Shown: positions 26,945 to 36,678, counted from the first letter of the stretch. The stretch: DNA of 64,000 nucleotides from Alphaproteobacteria bacterium (GCA_030429625.1 JAUIFA010000001.1:33306-97305), one strand, 5' to 3'. Translations and numbers: made by a program. Notes: generated from the sequence alone by a model not told the origin.

Positions 26945-28809
26945 AAACGATGAAAACCACCAGCGTCATTATCGTTACCTACCATACCGGTGCCATTTTG
27001 CAGCGTTCGATAGAGGCGATATTACGTCAGGAAGGGCTAAAAGAACTCATTATTGTCAACAATGGCAATCCGAAAGCCGTGGAAGAAAAATTACAACAAA
27101 TGCGCACGCAAAATAAGAATATCAAATATATCAGTGGTCACGGTAATATTGGCTTTTCCAAAGCGTGTAATTTGGCGGCAAAAGAAGCTAAAGGCGATTA
27201 TATATTGTTGTTAAATCCGGATTGTTTGCTACAGCGTGGTTCATTGGCTAAAACCATGGAAGAGATGGAGAAGCACAAAGATGTGTGGGTGGCCGGTTGC
27301 CAGATGATTCGCCCTAATGGCAGTTTGCAGGGGGGAAGTAAGCGTAATTTATTAACCCCTAATGTGGCATTTTCTCAAAGTCTTGGTTTTTACAATCTTG
27401 GGGGATATTTCAAAGCCATCAATATTTCTGAAACCATTGGTGAACTTAAAGACAGTGCGCCTTCGGTAGTTGTTCCTGCCATTTCCGGTGCGTTTATGAT
27501 GTTCCCTAAAGAGCGTTATAAGCAGTTGGGAGGTTTGGATGAGGATTATTTCTTCCATGTGGAAGATTTGGACATGTGCTATCGAGTCAATCGCGATGGT
27601 GGAAAGGTTTTGTATGTGCCGACGGTAAAAGCCACGCACTTCGCCAGTTCCAGTCAGGTTAGCAGTGCTTTTGTGGAAAAGAACAAAGCTGAGGGTTTCC
27701 TAACATATTTTAGAAAGCACAGTGAACTATCCTCGCCTGTTTTATATGTGTTTATTGTGATGGGGATTTATCTGAGACTGTGGTTAAGAATTCCTGCTTT
27801 ATGGGTAAAGGAAATACTGTACAAACGCCGCCAAAAATCTTTACGGATAAAATCGTTGAGGCAAATTAATTTGTTACATAGTGCGGTTGAGAAAGAGGCT
27901 TTATTCTCAAAAAAACCAAAAGAGGTAGAGCCAGTGTTGTTGGCAGGAAGTACCGGTCAGGTTGGTCTGGGAATTATGCGTCGCTTGTTGGCCAACAAGA
28001 TAAAAACGTATGGTCTATATCATGAGCAGGTGGTGGATTATACACACTCAGACTTAGAGTGGATACAGGCCGATCTTGAATCCAACCATATTGGCATCAA
28101 TGGGGACATACTCAAGAAAAACCCCCCAAGAACGCTCATTCACACACCGGCAATCTGGTATTTATCAAACAAAATAAAATTTTTTGCAGATATGGGGATA
28201 AAGCGCATTATCTGTTTTAGCTCCACGTCGATTGAGGGGAAGTCGAAGTCACAAAATCCTTATGAAAAAGAAGTGGTGGAGAAGTTTATCACCGCGGAAA
28301 AAGAACTATTGAAGAAGGGTAGGGAGTTGGGCATTGATATCACCATATTCCGTCCGACCATGATTTATGGCTTTGGCATTGACCGTAATGTGACCAGCAT
28401 TGTAAAATTTATTGATTCCTTTGGCTTTTTCCCTGTATCCATTCCGGCCAATGGTTATCGCATGCCCGTACATGCAGACGATCTGGCAAAGGCTGTTATG
28501 TCTGTGTTGGGCAATAAGAAAAGTTATGGTCGGGTATATAATTTATGCGGCAACACGAAGCTAACCTATTTTGAGATGGTCAAAGAAATTTTTATCACAC
28601 TCAAACGTCCGCAGCGTATTTACCGCCTTCCAATGCTCTCAGGCATGCTTGATGTTTTCTCTTTTCTCACCGGCAACAAGGATACCAACGGTGAAGTGGC
28701 AAAAAGGATGAATCAGGATTTGGCATTTTCCGATAAAAGCGCCCGCGAAGATTTTGGCTACAGGCCGCGCGACTTTTTATCGGCAGGAAAAGTGGATTTG
28801 GGATTGTAA
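26938..28809 (+). CDS. Fusion protein: GT2 glycosyltransferase + TM segment + NAD(P)-binding SDR/epimerase-like domain
   Basis: 623 aa. N-terminal GT-A module (SVIIVTYHTG, NPDCLL, VEDLDMCYR). Hydrophobic segment PVLYVFIVMGIYLRLWLRIPALWV. C-terminal Rossmann start VLLAGSTGQVGLGIMRRLL (about nt 27934), then FRPTMIYG and the NLCG epimerase-like pattern. Overlaps the rfbC stop by 7 nt. Confidence 0.75.
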   Translation: MVKTMKTTSVIIVTYHTGAILQRSIEAILRQEGLKELIIVNNGNPKAVEEKLQQMRTQNKNIKYISGHGNIGFSKACNLAAKEAKGDYILLLNPDCLLQRGSLAKTMEEMEKHKDVWVAGCQMIRPNGSLQGGSKRNLLTPNVAFSQSLGFYNLGGYFKAINISETIGELKDSAPSVVVPAISGAFMMFPKERYKQLGGLDEDYFFHVEDLDMCYRVNRDGGKVLYVPTVKATHFASSSQVSSAFVEKNKAEGFLTYFRKHSELSSPVLYVFIVMGIYLRLWLRIPALWVKEILYKRRQKSLRIKSLRQINLLHSAVEKEALFSKKPKEVEPVLLAGSTGQVGLGIMRRLLANKIKTYGLYHEQVVDYTHSDLEWIQADLESNHIGINGDILKKNPPRTLIHTPAIWYLSNKIKFFADMGIKRIICFSSTSIEGKSKSQNPYEKEVVEKFITAEKELLKKGRELGIDITIFRPTMIYGFGIDRNVTSIVKFIDSFGFFPVSIPANGYRMPVHADDLAKAVMSVLGNKKSYGRVYNLCGNTKLTYFEMVKEIFITLKRPQRIYRLPMLSGMLDVFSFLTGNKDTNGEVAKRMNQDLAFSDKSAREDFGYRPRDFLSAGKVDLGL

Positions 28810-28812
28810 ATA

Positions 28813-30051
28813 TTATTTACCTGATTTCTCGTCAGCAGTGAGTTTTTTAAACTTTTTCTCTGCTTTGCTAAGCATTTCTTCTGCCTGATCACTCAAATCA
28901 TTGACCTTATTTTTGGGAGAAACTTCCTTCGTTGTTTCTTTCACAAGTTTGGCCGGTTGCTCTTTTGCCACTTTTTTGGTTGTTTTGATAATATCTTTTG
29001 TAGCTTCTTTTACAGTTGCCTCTGGTTTATTTTCATCAAAAAATTCATTTTCTTCTTTGACCAGGCCTGAATCTTCGTCGCTTATATCTTCTAAATCTGT
29101 GTTTTCAACGGCAGCGGGTTCTTGTATAACAGCAGACTCAGTTTTCTCAGTCATGTTTTTGACAGGCTCCTCTGCATCTGGATTAACAATTTCCCCCTTG
29201 CGAGGTGTTTCTGAATCCGTTGCTTTCCATAAATCAGGACTGTGTTTAAGTATGGCATCGCCCTGTGGAGGCTCTTCTTTCCACGGAATGTCTTTAACAG
29301 GATCCACTACAGGACGTTTGATGGCTGGGGTTCTAACACCCTGTTTGAGTTTCCATGGCAACACCTCTTCTCTTGGTGCTTGCGATGCGGTGGGTGGTGG
29401 GGCGATGTAGCGCACTGCTGAATCGGGAACATCATCCTCAAATTCTTGTCTTGGGATTAATCTGCGTGCAGGCGCTTCTTCTACAGGTGCCTGATTATAT
29501 TGCGGTGCTTGTTCCACCATAGGAACAGGTTGGGTGTGTATTTGTGGCCTTATTCTTCCGGGTGCGGGACGGGTTGCCTGTGCAGGCTCTTTAAACACCA
29601 TTGGGGCAGAAGATTGTTTTGTGGGTGTGATAGTATATTCAATCACAGTGAGATTGGAAATAACACTCTTTACGCCGGGCATTCTGCGGGCAACTTCGAT
29701 GGCTCTGTGGGCAATTTTTGGGCTAGGAACATTGCCATAAAGCGTCACAACACCTTCATTGACAAGGGCTTGCACGGTCATAATCTTGGTCAAACCACCG
29801 CCCAAAAGACGTACCGCAATTTTTGCCTGTAACTTTTCGTCTTGATTCATGGCTACTTGTTTTTGTTTTTCAAGCTCAGAGCGCTCTTCGTAGCGGATTC
29901 TTTTTTCCAGACTTTTCTCTGCTTTCTCATCTTTCATCTTCTTTCCGGCAAAATAGCCACCCGCACCACCAAGTGCTGCGCCTAGCCAACAGCCGCTAAG
30001 AGGCATGGATAAAATTATAATTAGCAAAATATGTATAAAAAAACGTGTCAT
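28813..30051 (-). CDS. BON-domain lipoprotein with a long low-complexity C-terminal region
   Basis: The preferred start, M23 of the tracked ORF (nt 30051), gives MTRFFIHILLIIILSMPLSG|C (lipobox LSGC). Next come a Gly-zipper-like GAALGGAGGYFAG and a BON-like core (VQALVNEGVVTLYGNVPSPKIAHRAIEVARRMPGVKSVISNLTV). The final ~260 residues are Pro/Glu/Lys-rich. Confidence 0.65.
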   Translation of the reverse strand: MTRFFIHILLIIILSMPLSGCWLGAALGGAGGYFAGKKMKDEKAEKSLEKRIRYEERSELEKQKQVAMNQDEKLQAKIAVRLLGGGLTKIMTVQALVNEGVVTLYGNVPSPKIAHRAIEVARRMPGVKSVISNLTVIEYTITPTKQSSAPMVFKEPAQATRPAPGRIRPQIHTQPVPMVEQAPQYNQAPVEEAPARRLIPRQEFEDDVPDSAVRYIAPPPTASQAPREEVLPWKLKQGVRTPAIKRPVVDPVKDIPWKEEPPQGDAILKHSPDLWKATDSETPRKGEIVNPDAEEPVKNMTEKTESAVIQEPAAVENTDLEDISDEDSGLVKEENEFFDENKPEATVKEATKDIIKTTKKVAKEQPAKLVKETTKEVSPKNKVNDLSDQAEEMLSKAEKKFKKLTADEKSGK

Positions 30052-30149
30052 TACTCTTTCCCAAGGGCTATAGTTTCGTACAATGTTAATAGGCAGTTGA
30101 ACAATAATTTTTAACAATTATTAACCTTATTAATGCTAAAGGAAGAATT

Positions 30150-30989
30150 TTGCAAGCAATCTATAACATTATTTTGGTTAAACCTGAGGGCTATATTCAC
30201 TCAGAGTGTTTTCGCGAGATAATTGAAAGCTTGGAAGACGGCTTTAAAAAGATAGGTATGGATGTTTCTGTGACCATCAATTCTGTGCGAGGAGATGCCA
30301 TCAATATTGTTATTGGTTCCCATTTATTGCCCGCTAAGTTAATTTGTGCATTGCCGGCCAATTCCATTATTTATAATTTTGAACAATTGGGCAATCAGCA
30401 GGCAGTAAAACAAGATTTTTATGCTGCGATCAAACTATTCCAAATTTGGGATTACAGCAAGGAAAACATCGCTAAACTCAGTGAAATGGGAATTAAGGCG
30501 GTGCATGTTCCGGTGGGATATTCTCCGGTTCTTACCCGCATCATCAGCATGAAAGAGCCGGACATTGATGTGTTGTTTTACGGTTCTATTAACGATCGGC
30601 GTAGGCACATAATCGAGAGTTTGAGGCAGGCGGGGGTTAATGTGCAAACGTTATTCGGAGCTTTTGGCCAAAAGCGAGATAACATCATTGCCCGCTCTAA
30701 GATTGTTCTAAACATTCATTATTATCCCACCAATATTTTTGAAATTGCTCGTGTGTCCTACCTTCTGGCAAATAAAAAAGCAGTGATATGTGAAAAATCA
30801 CTTACCACAAAAATCGAAGATGATTTAAAAGCAGCCTGCCTTTATGTTCCCTATGAAGACATCGTATCAGCGACTGTGGATCTGCTCACATTCCCCAAGA
30901 AACGCATTTCTTTAGAAAAAGCAGGATTCTCAGCCATCAAAAGCCGCAAACAGGAAGCCATACTCACGCAGGCGTTGGCCAGTACTTAG
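30150..30989 (+). CDS. Hypothetical protein, possibly glycosyltransferase-like (GT1_2/CgeB-like C-terminal half)
   Basis: 279 aa. TTG start with AAGGAAG 4 nt upstream. The segment DVLFYGSINDRRRHIIESL...RSKIVLNIHYY...FEIARVSYLLANKKAVICE resembles the C-terminal half of CgeB-like glycosyltransferases. This rests on motif-level resemblance only. Confidence 0.4.
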   Translation: MQAIYNIILVKPEGYIHSECFREIIESLEDGFKKIGMDVSVTINSVRGDAINIVIGSHLLPAKLICALPANSIIYNFEQLGNQQAVKQDFYAAIKLFQIWDYSKENIAKLSEMGIKAVHVPVGYSPVLTRIISMKEPDIDVLFYGSINDRRRHIIESLRQAGVNVQTLFGAFGQKRDNIIARSKIVLNIHYYPTNIFEIARVSYLLANKKAVICEKSLTTKIEDDLKAACLYVPYEDIVSATVDLLTFPKKRISLEKAGFSAIKSRKQEAILTQALAST

Positions 30990-31699
30990 AACAGATTTTT
31001 AAATTTATTGGTGATGGTTTTAACCGAACTATCGATGTCTTTTTTTACCCCTTTGACAAAGGACTTATCAATCATATTAAGGCTTGAAGTGGCCTCAACA
31101 ATCACCGTGTTAAGAATGTTCTTAAAAGTCTCTTTGCTTGTACCTTTACCCAAATCCGTTAGTTCAATAACAGGCAAGGTCACTGTCGCATCACCTGGCT
31201 TCTGATCGGAATAGCCAGCGGTGAAATAGAGCTGGGCTTTGTCAATTAACAGATGGTCAATCGTAACATGTTTGTCGCTGCGCTTTTCTTTCTTGTCAGA
31301 AGGTTTTTTCTTATCCTCACGGTAAAATGCGTCACGCAAACGGCCATAATTGGTGCCAGACATGCTGGTTTCCACCGTAATGATGGGCGCGGAAATATGA
31401 ATCTCCTGAATTTGAATTTCATCACTCAACAGGGATAAAGGTTTTAAATCCAGCAAAATTTCTTCAATCGTCAACGCGTTGGGGGAATTAAAATTTCCGC
31501 TATTTGCGACCTTTATATTTCGGAGTACCAAAGAACCGGAAGTAAGAGAAAGGTCTGCATCTTCTACTGTGACACTGGTTTTTAAAAGGTCTGAGCCAAA
31601 CGTCTCAATGGTGCTCTTTGTCAAGATGCTGGGTAGAAAAATCCCACAAAACAATAAGACAATAATTATGCCGACGACTAATAAAGAGGGTTTATTCAT
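30986..31699 (-). CDS. Hypothetical membrane-anchored protein
   Basis: 237 aa with an N-terminal TM anchor (LLVVGIIIVLLFCGIFLPSIL), beta-rich segments and a Lys-rich insert (REDKKKPSDKKEKRSDK). I recognise no motif. Convergent 4-nt overlap with the previous gene. Confidence 0.4.
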   Translation of the reverse strand: MNKPSLLVVGIIIVLLFCGIFLPSILTKSTIETFGSDLLKTSVTVEDADLSLTSGSLVLRNIKVANSGNFNSPNALTIEEILLDLKPLSLLSDEIQIQEIHISAPIITVETSMSGTNYGRLRDAFYREDKKKPSDKKEKRSDKHVTIDHLLIDKAQLYFTAGYSDQKPGDATVTLPVIELTDLGKGTSKETFKNILNTVIVEATSSLNMIDKSFVKGVKKDIDSSVKTITNKFKNLF

Positions 31700-31723
31700 T
31701 GTTAGCTCCCCTACATAAGAACG

Positions 31724-32380
31724 TTAAATAGATTGACCGGTTTTTTCCCAATCTTTTAAAAAAGCGTCAATGCCGTTGTCTGTCAGCGGATGCTTGACCA
31801 GCTGATGAATAATCTTTGGCGGAATAGTGCAAACATCTGCGCCCATAAGACCCGCTGTCACAACATGCATCGGGCTGCGGATGGAGGCCACAAGAACCTG
31901 AGTTTCAAATTCAGGGTAATTGTCGTAAATGGTCACTATTTCTTCAATCAAATTCATCCCATCATAGGCAATGTCATCATGCCGCCCAACAAAGGGAGAG
32001 ACATAGGTTGCTCCGGCTTTGGCAGCAAGGATGGCTTGTGCGGCAGAAAAACACAAGGTCACATTGGTTTTAATATTATTGTTGCTGAAATATTTACAGG
32101 CTTTGAGCCCTTCCATGGTCAAGGGCAGTTTGATGACCACATTGTCGGCAATCTTTGCCAGCTTATTACCTTCTTCTATCATTGTTGGTGCGTCCAGAGC
32201 GGTAACTTCTGCACTTACAGGAAGCCCGGGTAACAGCGCACAGATCTCCTTTACCACTTCAATAAAATCCCGCCCAGATTTCATAATCAGAGAAGGGTTG
32301 GTAGTCACACCGTCCAAAAGGCCAGTGGCAGCAAGTTCTTTGATTTCATCAATTTCAGCTGTATCGACAAAGAATTTCAT
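31724..32380 (-). CDS. Fructose-6-phosphate aldolase / short transaldolase (type 3B)
   Basis: 218 aa with [24 protein letters not shown] (Schiff-base Lys context) and VSPFVGR. Confidence 0.9.
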   Translation of the reverse strand: MKFFVDTAEIDEIKELAATGLLDGVTTNPSLIMKSGRDFIEVVKEICALLPGLPVSAEVTALDAPTMIEEGNKLAKIADNVVIKLPLTMEGLKACKYFSNNNIKTNVTLCFSAAQAILAAKAGATYVSPFVGRHDDIAYDGMNLIEEIVTIYDNYPEFETQVLVASIRSPMHVVTAGLMGADVCTIPPKIIHQLVKHPLTDNGIDAFLKDWEKTGQSI

Positions 32381-32467
32381 AGGTATTTTCTCTCAGTTTT
32401 GTATCAATGTTGCTAGTTTTAGCATGCTCATGCTAGCTTATCAAACAATAATACGTATGATATTGCT

Positions 32468-34651
32468 ATGACAGATAAAAATGTACAGATATTATTGCCC
32501 AAGCCTTTTGATATACCGTTTGAATATGCGGTGCCTGAAGGTATGATGTTGGCGGTGGGCGATGTGGTTAAAGTGCCCTTTGGCAATCAGAAGAGTTATG
32601 GAGTGGTGTGGTCGTTTCAAAGCCAGCAGCTTGAGAATAAGAAAATAAAAACGGTTCTTGAAAAATCTGACGCTCCTACACTGCCAGAAAATACTCTAAA
32701 ATTTATCCATTGGGTGGCAGACTATACCCTTGCTCCCATAGGCTCGGTGTTGGCACAGGTAATCTCGGTGGATGCGGCATTGGAACTGCCTGCGCCGAAG
32801 ATTGGTTATGTGCTGGGGGAGGCTGCAAACACAAAAATCACTGCAAAACGCCAGCAGGTGGTCGATGCGTTGGAAAAAGTAAACAAGCCTCTGAGGGTGC
32901 AAGAAATAGCATTGCGGGCAGGGGTTTCCGATGCAGTGGTGCGGGCGATGGCACAAAAGGAGCTTTTACTTGCAAAGGAAATAGTAGAAGAGGCTATTTC
33001 AGACATTCATCATGAAACAAAGCAGGTTGATTTATCTTCAGAACAACAGGCCGCCGTCGACGCCCTAAGAAAAAATGTTCAAGCTAACAACTACAGTGCT
33101 ACGGTGCTCGATGGCATCACCGGTTCGGGTAAGACAGAAGTTTATTTCCATGCCATTGTAAAGGCCATGGAAATGGGCAAGCAAGCCTTGATTTTACTGC
33201 CGGAAATTAACCTTACGTCTCAGTTGATCCAACGATTTTACGAACATTTTGGCTTTCTGCCTACCAGTTGGCATTCGGGTTTGACGCCTGCGCAACGGCG
33301 CGACAATTGGCGTGATATTGCTTCTGGCAAAGCGCGATTAATTATTGGCGCGCGTTCGGCTCTTTTTATGCCTTTTCCTGATTTAGGGCTGGTGATTGTG
33401 GATGAGGAGCATGAGTCGGCTTTTAAACAGGAAGATGGGGTGATTTATCAAGCGCGTGATATGGCTGTGGCGCGGGCTTTTATTGAAAATATACCAATAG
33501 TGTTGGTGTCCGCCTCCCCATCGCTGGAAACCATACATAACATTGAGTGTGGAAAATATCAGGCCATACATTTACACGCTCGCCATGGTACGGCTATTTT
33601 GCCGGAAATTGAAGTGGTGGACATGCGTAAGGAGAAACTTCCGGCAAAATATTTTATTTCTCAACGGTTGAAAGAACTCCTGAGCCAGAATCTCGCCAAA
33701 AAACAGCAATCCTTGCTGTATTTAAACCGTCGGGGATATGCCCCGTTAACCTTGTGTCGCACGTGTGGCTACCGTTTTCAGTGTCCAAACTGTACCTCGT
33801 GGTTGGTGTTGCATCATCCTCCTTATAAGGCAGATTATCTGCAATGCCATCATTGTGGCTATAGCCAGCCTTCGGTAGAAAATTGTCCCGAATGTAAGAG
33901 CCAAACACTTGCTCCCTGTGGGCCTGGGGTGGAACGACTGGTGGAGGAAGTCAAAGAATTTCTGCCCAATGCCCGCATCGAAATGATGACATCTGATAAT
34001 GTGGCCAATCTCCAACATGCCAAGGAGGCGGTGGAAAAAATCGAAAAAGGTGAAGTAGACATCATCATCGGCACACAGATGATTGCCAAAGGTTATCATT
34101 TTCCTAATTTGACCTTGGTGGGCGTGGTGGATGCGGATTTGGGCTTAGAAGGCGGGGATATGCGTGCGGCAGAGCGTTGTTATCAGCTTTTGCATCAGGT
34201 TTCTGGCCGTGCAGGTAGGCATGAACTTAAAGGCAAAGCGGTTCTTCAGACATACATGCCGGAGAATATGGTGATGCAGGCACTTGCCAGCAATGATAGG
34301 GATGATTTTAACCATAAAGAGCTTCAGCGCCGGCAATATTCACATATTCCTCCTTATACCAAGATGGCTGCTATCATTGTTTCTGGTAAAAATGAGGGTG
34401 AGGTGAGTGCGTTGGCAAAACAATGGGTAAGAAATGCACTTAACCTATCTAAAAACAATAATAAAATAAAGATTCTTGGGCCAGCTCCTGCTCCCATATT
34501 GTTATTACGAAGTAATTACAGATATAGGATATTGGTGATTGCGGATAGGGACATTAATCTTCAGCAGGCCATAAAGAGTTGGCTTTCTGTATCAAAGCCG
34601 CCATCATCGGTTAAAATAAAGGTGGATATAGACCCTTATAGCTTTTATTAG
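32468..34651 (+). CDS. priA: Primosomal protein N' (replication restart helicase)
   Basis: 727 aa with Walker A GITGSGKTEVY, DEEH, the Cys-rich zinc region (CRTCGYRFQCPNCTSWLVLH...CHHCGY...CPEC) and QVSGRAGR. Confidence 0.95.
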   Translation: MTDKNVQILLPKPFDIPFEYAVPEGMMLAVGDVVKVPFGNQKSYGVVWSFQSQQLENKKIKTVLEKSDAPTLPENTLKFIHWVADYTLAPIGSVLAQVISVDAALELPAPKIGYVLGEAANTKITAKRQQVVDALEKVNKPLRVQEIALRAGVSDAVVRAMAQKELLLAKEIVEEAISDIHHETKQVDLSSEQQAAVDALRKNVQANNYSATVLDGITGSGKTEVYFHAIVKAMEMGKQALILLPEINLTSQLIQRFYEHFGFLPTSWHSGLTPAQRRDNWRDIASGKARLIIGARSALFMPFPDLGLVIVDEEHESAFKQEDGVIYQARDMAVARAFIENIPIVLVSASPSLETIHNIECGKYQAIHLHARHGTAILPEIEVVDMRKEKLPAKYFISQRLKELLSQNLAKKQQSLLYLNRRGYAPLTLCRTCGYRFQCPNCTSWLVLHHPPYKADYLQCHHCGYSQPSVENCPECKSQTLAPCGPGVERLVEEVKEFLPNARIEMMTSDNVANLQHAKEAVEKIEKGEVDIIIGTQMIAKGYHFPNLTLVGVVDADLGLEGGDMRAAERCYQLLHQVSGRAGRHELKGKAVLQTYMPENMVMQALASNDRDDFNHKELQRRQYSHIPPYTKMAAIIVSGKNEGEVSALAKQWVRNALNLSKNNNKIKILGPAPAPILLLRSNYRYRILVIADRDINLQQAIKSWLSVSKPPSSVKIKVDIDPYSFY

Positions 34652-35820
34652 CCAATATGGCCTTCACTGAAATAGCCGTCTGACTGCATTTCAATCAGTC
34701 GTGAAACAGTTCTGTCAAATTCAAACGCATTGTCACCCTTGGAATACAGCTCGTTGGGTGGGCATTGTGCCGTACAAATCAGCTTGACCTTATGTTCGTA
34801 CAATTCATCAATCAATGTGATAAAGCGCTTGGCCTCGTTACGCATTTCCTTACCCATTTTAGGGATGTCAGAAATGAGTATGGTATTAAATTCGCGAGCA
34901 ATTTCGATATAATCTGCCGCGCCAAGCGCCTCTTTGCACAATTCATCAAAGCTAAACTGTGCCACATCGGCGTGCATTTTCTTAATCTTTAATGTTCTGC
35001 CGTGAATGTGCAGCTCACCTTCTTCGGATTGTGCGTATTGTGTTAACTCACTAAAACTATCGTCAAGAAAGATTTGTGCGGTGTCATCAATGGGCGAATA
35101 ATAAACAGTAGATAAGGATTTCAAACAACGCATACGGTAGTCTGTTTCTCCGTCCAACGGAGTGATGTACAGTTTTTCCTTAAACATTTTAATAAAGGGC
35201 ATAAATTGCTCACGCTGTAACCCGTGTTTGTACAGATCGTCGGGGTGGCGGTTTGAGGTAGCGACCACAATCACCCCTCTTTTAAATAAGAAATCAAACA
35301 GCCGTCCAATAATCATGGCATCGGCAATATCGGTTACCTGTAATTCATCAAAACATAATAGTTGTGATTTTTTGGCAATTTCATCCGCAACATACTCTAT
35401 CGGATCATCTCCATAATTGCTTTCTTGGCGTTTTTTATGAATTTTCTCATGGATATCCAGCATAAAAGCATGAAAGTGAATACGGGTTTTGCGTATAATG
35501 GGGCAGTGCAGGAAAAACAAATCCATCAACATCGATTTGCCACGTCCTACCGACCCATAAATGTAAATACCATCCGGACAGTTACTTTCTTTTTTGCTGT
35601 TTAAGAAGCTGAAGAAGGATTTTCGTTCTTTTTCACCACGAAGAATAGCGTCGTTAAGGGCACTAAGCGTGTCGAGGACTCGCTTCTGGTCCTCATCTGA
35701 CGCAAGACGCCCACTTTGAACCATGTCATTGTAGTGTTCCACCATGGTCTGGTTTTTTGGTGGTTTGTTGAGGGAAGCGATACTTGCCTGCATTTTTTCT
35801 TTTCTTTCCTTACAAAACAT
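34648..35820 (-). CDS. zapE: Cell division protein ZapE (AFG1-like ATPase)
   Basis: 390 aa with Walker A GSVGRGKSMLMD and Walker B LLCFDELQVTDIADA. The start is uncertain (alternative Met residues at positions 10 and 26). Confidence 0.88.
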   Translation of the reverse strand: MFCKERKEKMQASIASLNKPPKNQTMVEHYNDMVQSGRLASDEDQKRVLDTLSALNDAILRGEKERKSFFSFLNSKKESNCPDGIYIYGSVGRGKSMLMDLFFLHCPIIRKTRIHFHAFMLDIHEKIHKKRQESNYGDDPIEYVADEIAKKSQLLCFDELQVTDIADAMIIGRLFDFLFKRGVIVVATSNRHPDDLYKHGLQREQFMPFIKMFKEKLYITPLDGETDYRMRCLKSLSTVYYSPIDDTAQIFLDDSFSELTQYAQSEEGELHIHGRTLKIKKMHADVAQFSFDELCKEALGAADYIEIAREFNTILISDIPKMGKEMRNEAKRFITLIDELYEHKVKLICTAQCPPNELYSKGDNAFEFDRTVSRLIEMQSDGYFSEGHIG

Positions 35821-35835
35821 ATTACTTCATGCGGT

Positions 35836-36666
35836 ATGAATGTACATAAAACGCATCAAGAGCTACGTGCTTCTATAGAAGAATTTAAAGCTCAAGGCAA
35901 GGTAATTGCGCTCGTACCAACCATGGGCGCGTTGCATGAAGGGCATATGTCGCTGATCAAGGCGGCAAAAGGGCAGGCCGACATTGTTGTGTGCAGTATT
36001 TTTGTTAACCCAACTCAATTTGCCGAAGGCGAAGATTTTACAACCTACCCGCGCGATGAAGCCAAAGATATTGCCATTTTGTTAGATAATGGGGCAGATA
36101 TTGTTTACATCCCCTCGGTTGAAGAGATGTATCCGGAGCGAGAAGAAATAACAGAGCCGCCCATTAAAAATGGTGATATTCTGGAGGGTGAGTTTCGCCC
36201 CCATTTCTTCAGAGGTGTTGGAATTGTAGTTACAAAGTTATTACATCAGTGTGCGCCTGACAAGGCATTCTTCGGTCAGAAGGACTATCAACAGCTTAGT
36301 GTTATCAAGCAAATGGTCAAAAGCTTAGGCGTGCCTGTTGAAATTATTGGCTGTCCTACTCAGCGGGAAGAGGACGGTTTGGCACTGTCTTCCCGCAACA
36401 ATTATCTTTCTGTATGGGAAAGAAAAATTGCACCGGAGTTGCATAAAATTATGCAGGAAATGGCGGAGGAATACAGACAGGGAACACCGGTTGAAATTGT
36501 TTGTGAGAAAGGAAAGAGGAAGTTACTTGCGGCAGGATTTGCTAAAGTTGACTATCTGAGATTTTGTGATTCTCAAACGCTTTTACCAGAGATAAAATCA
36601 TCTGCACGCTTGCTTGCGGCAGCGTGGCTTGGTACAACTCGCTTAATTGATAATATTGAAGTGTGA
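35836..36666 (+). CDS. panC: Pantoate--beta-alanine ligase
   Basis: VPTMGALHEGH, SIFVNPTQF and FGQKDYQQ. The start is placed at ATG 35836, because the tracked start 35716 would overlap zapE. Confidence 0.93.
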   Translation: MNVHKTHQELRASIEEFKAQGKVIALVPTMGALHEGHMSLIKAAKGQADIVVCSIFVNPTQFAEGEDFTTYPRDEAKDIAILLDNGADIVYIPSVEEMYPEREEITEPPIKNGDILEGEFRPHFFRGVGIVVTKLLHQCAPDKAFFGQKDYQQLSVIKQMVKSLGVPVEIIGCPTQREEDGLALSSRNNYLSVWERKIAPELHKIMQEMAEEYRQGTPVEIVCEKGKRKLLAAGFAKVDYLRFCDSQTLLPEIKSSARLLAAAWLGTTRLIDNIEV

Positions 36667-36678
36667 TGCGATCAGACA

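Noticed and set aside
35716-35835. N-terminal extension of the panC ORF
   Set aside because: It overlaps the zapE 5' end on the other strand. PanC homology begins at MNVHKTHQEL (ATG 35836).
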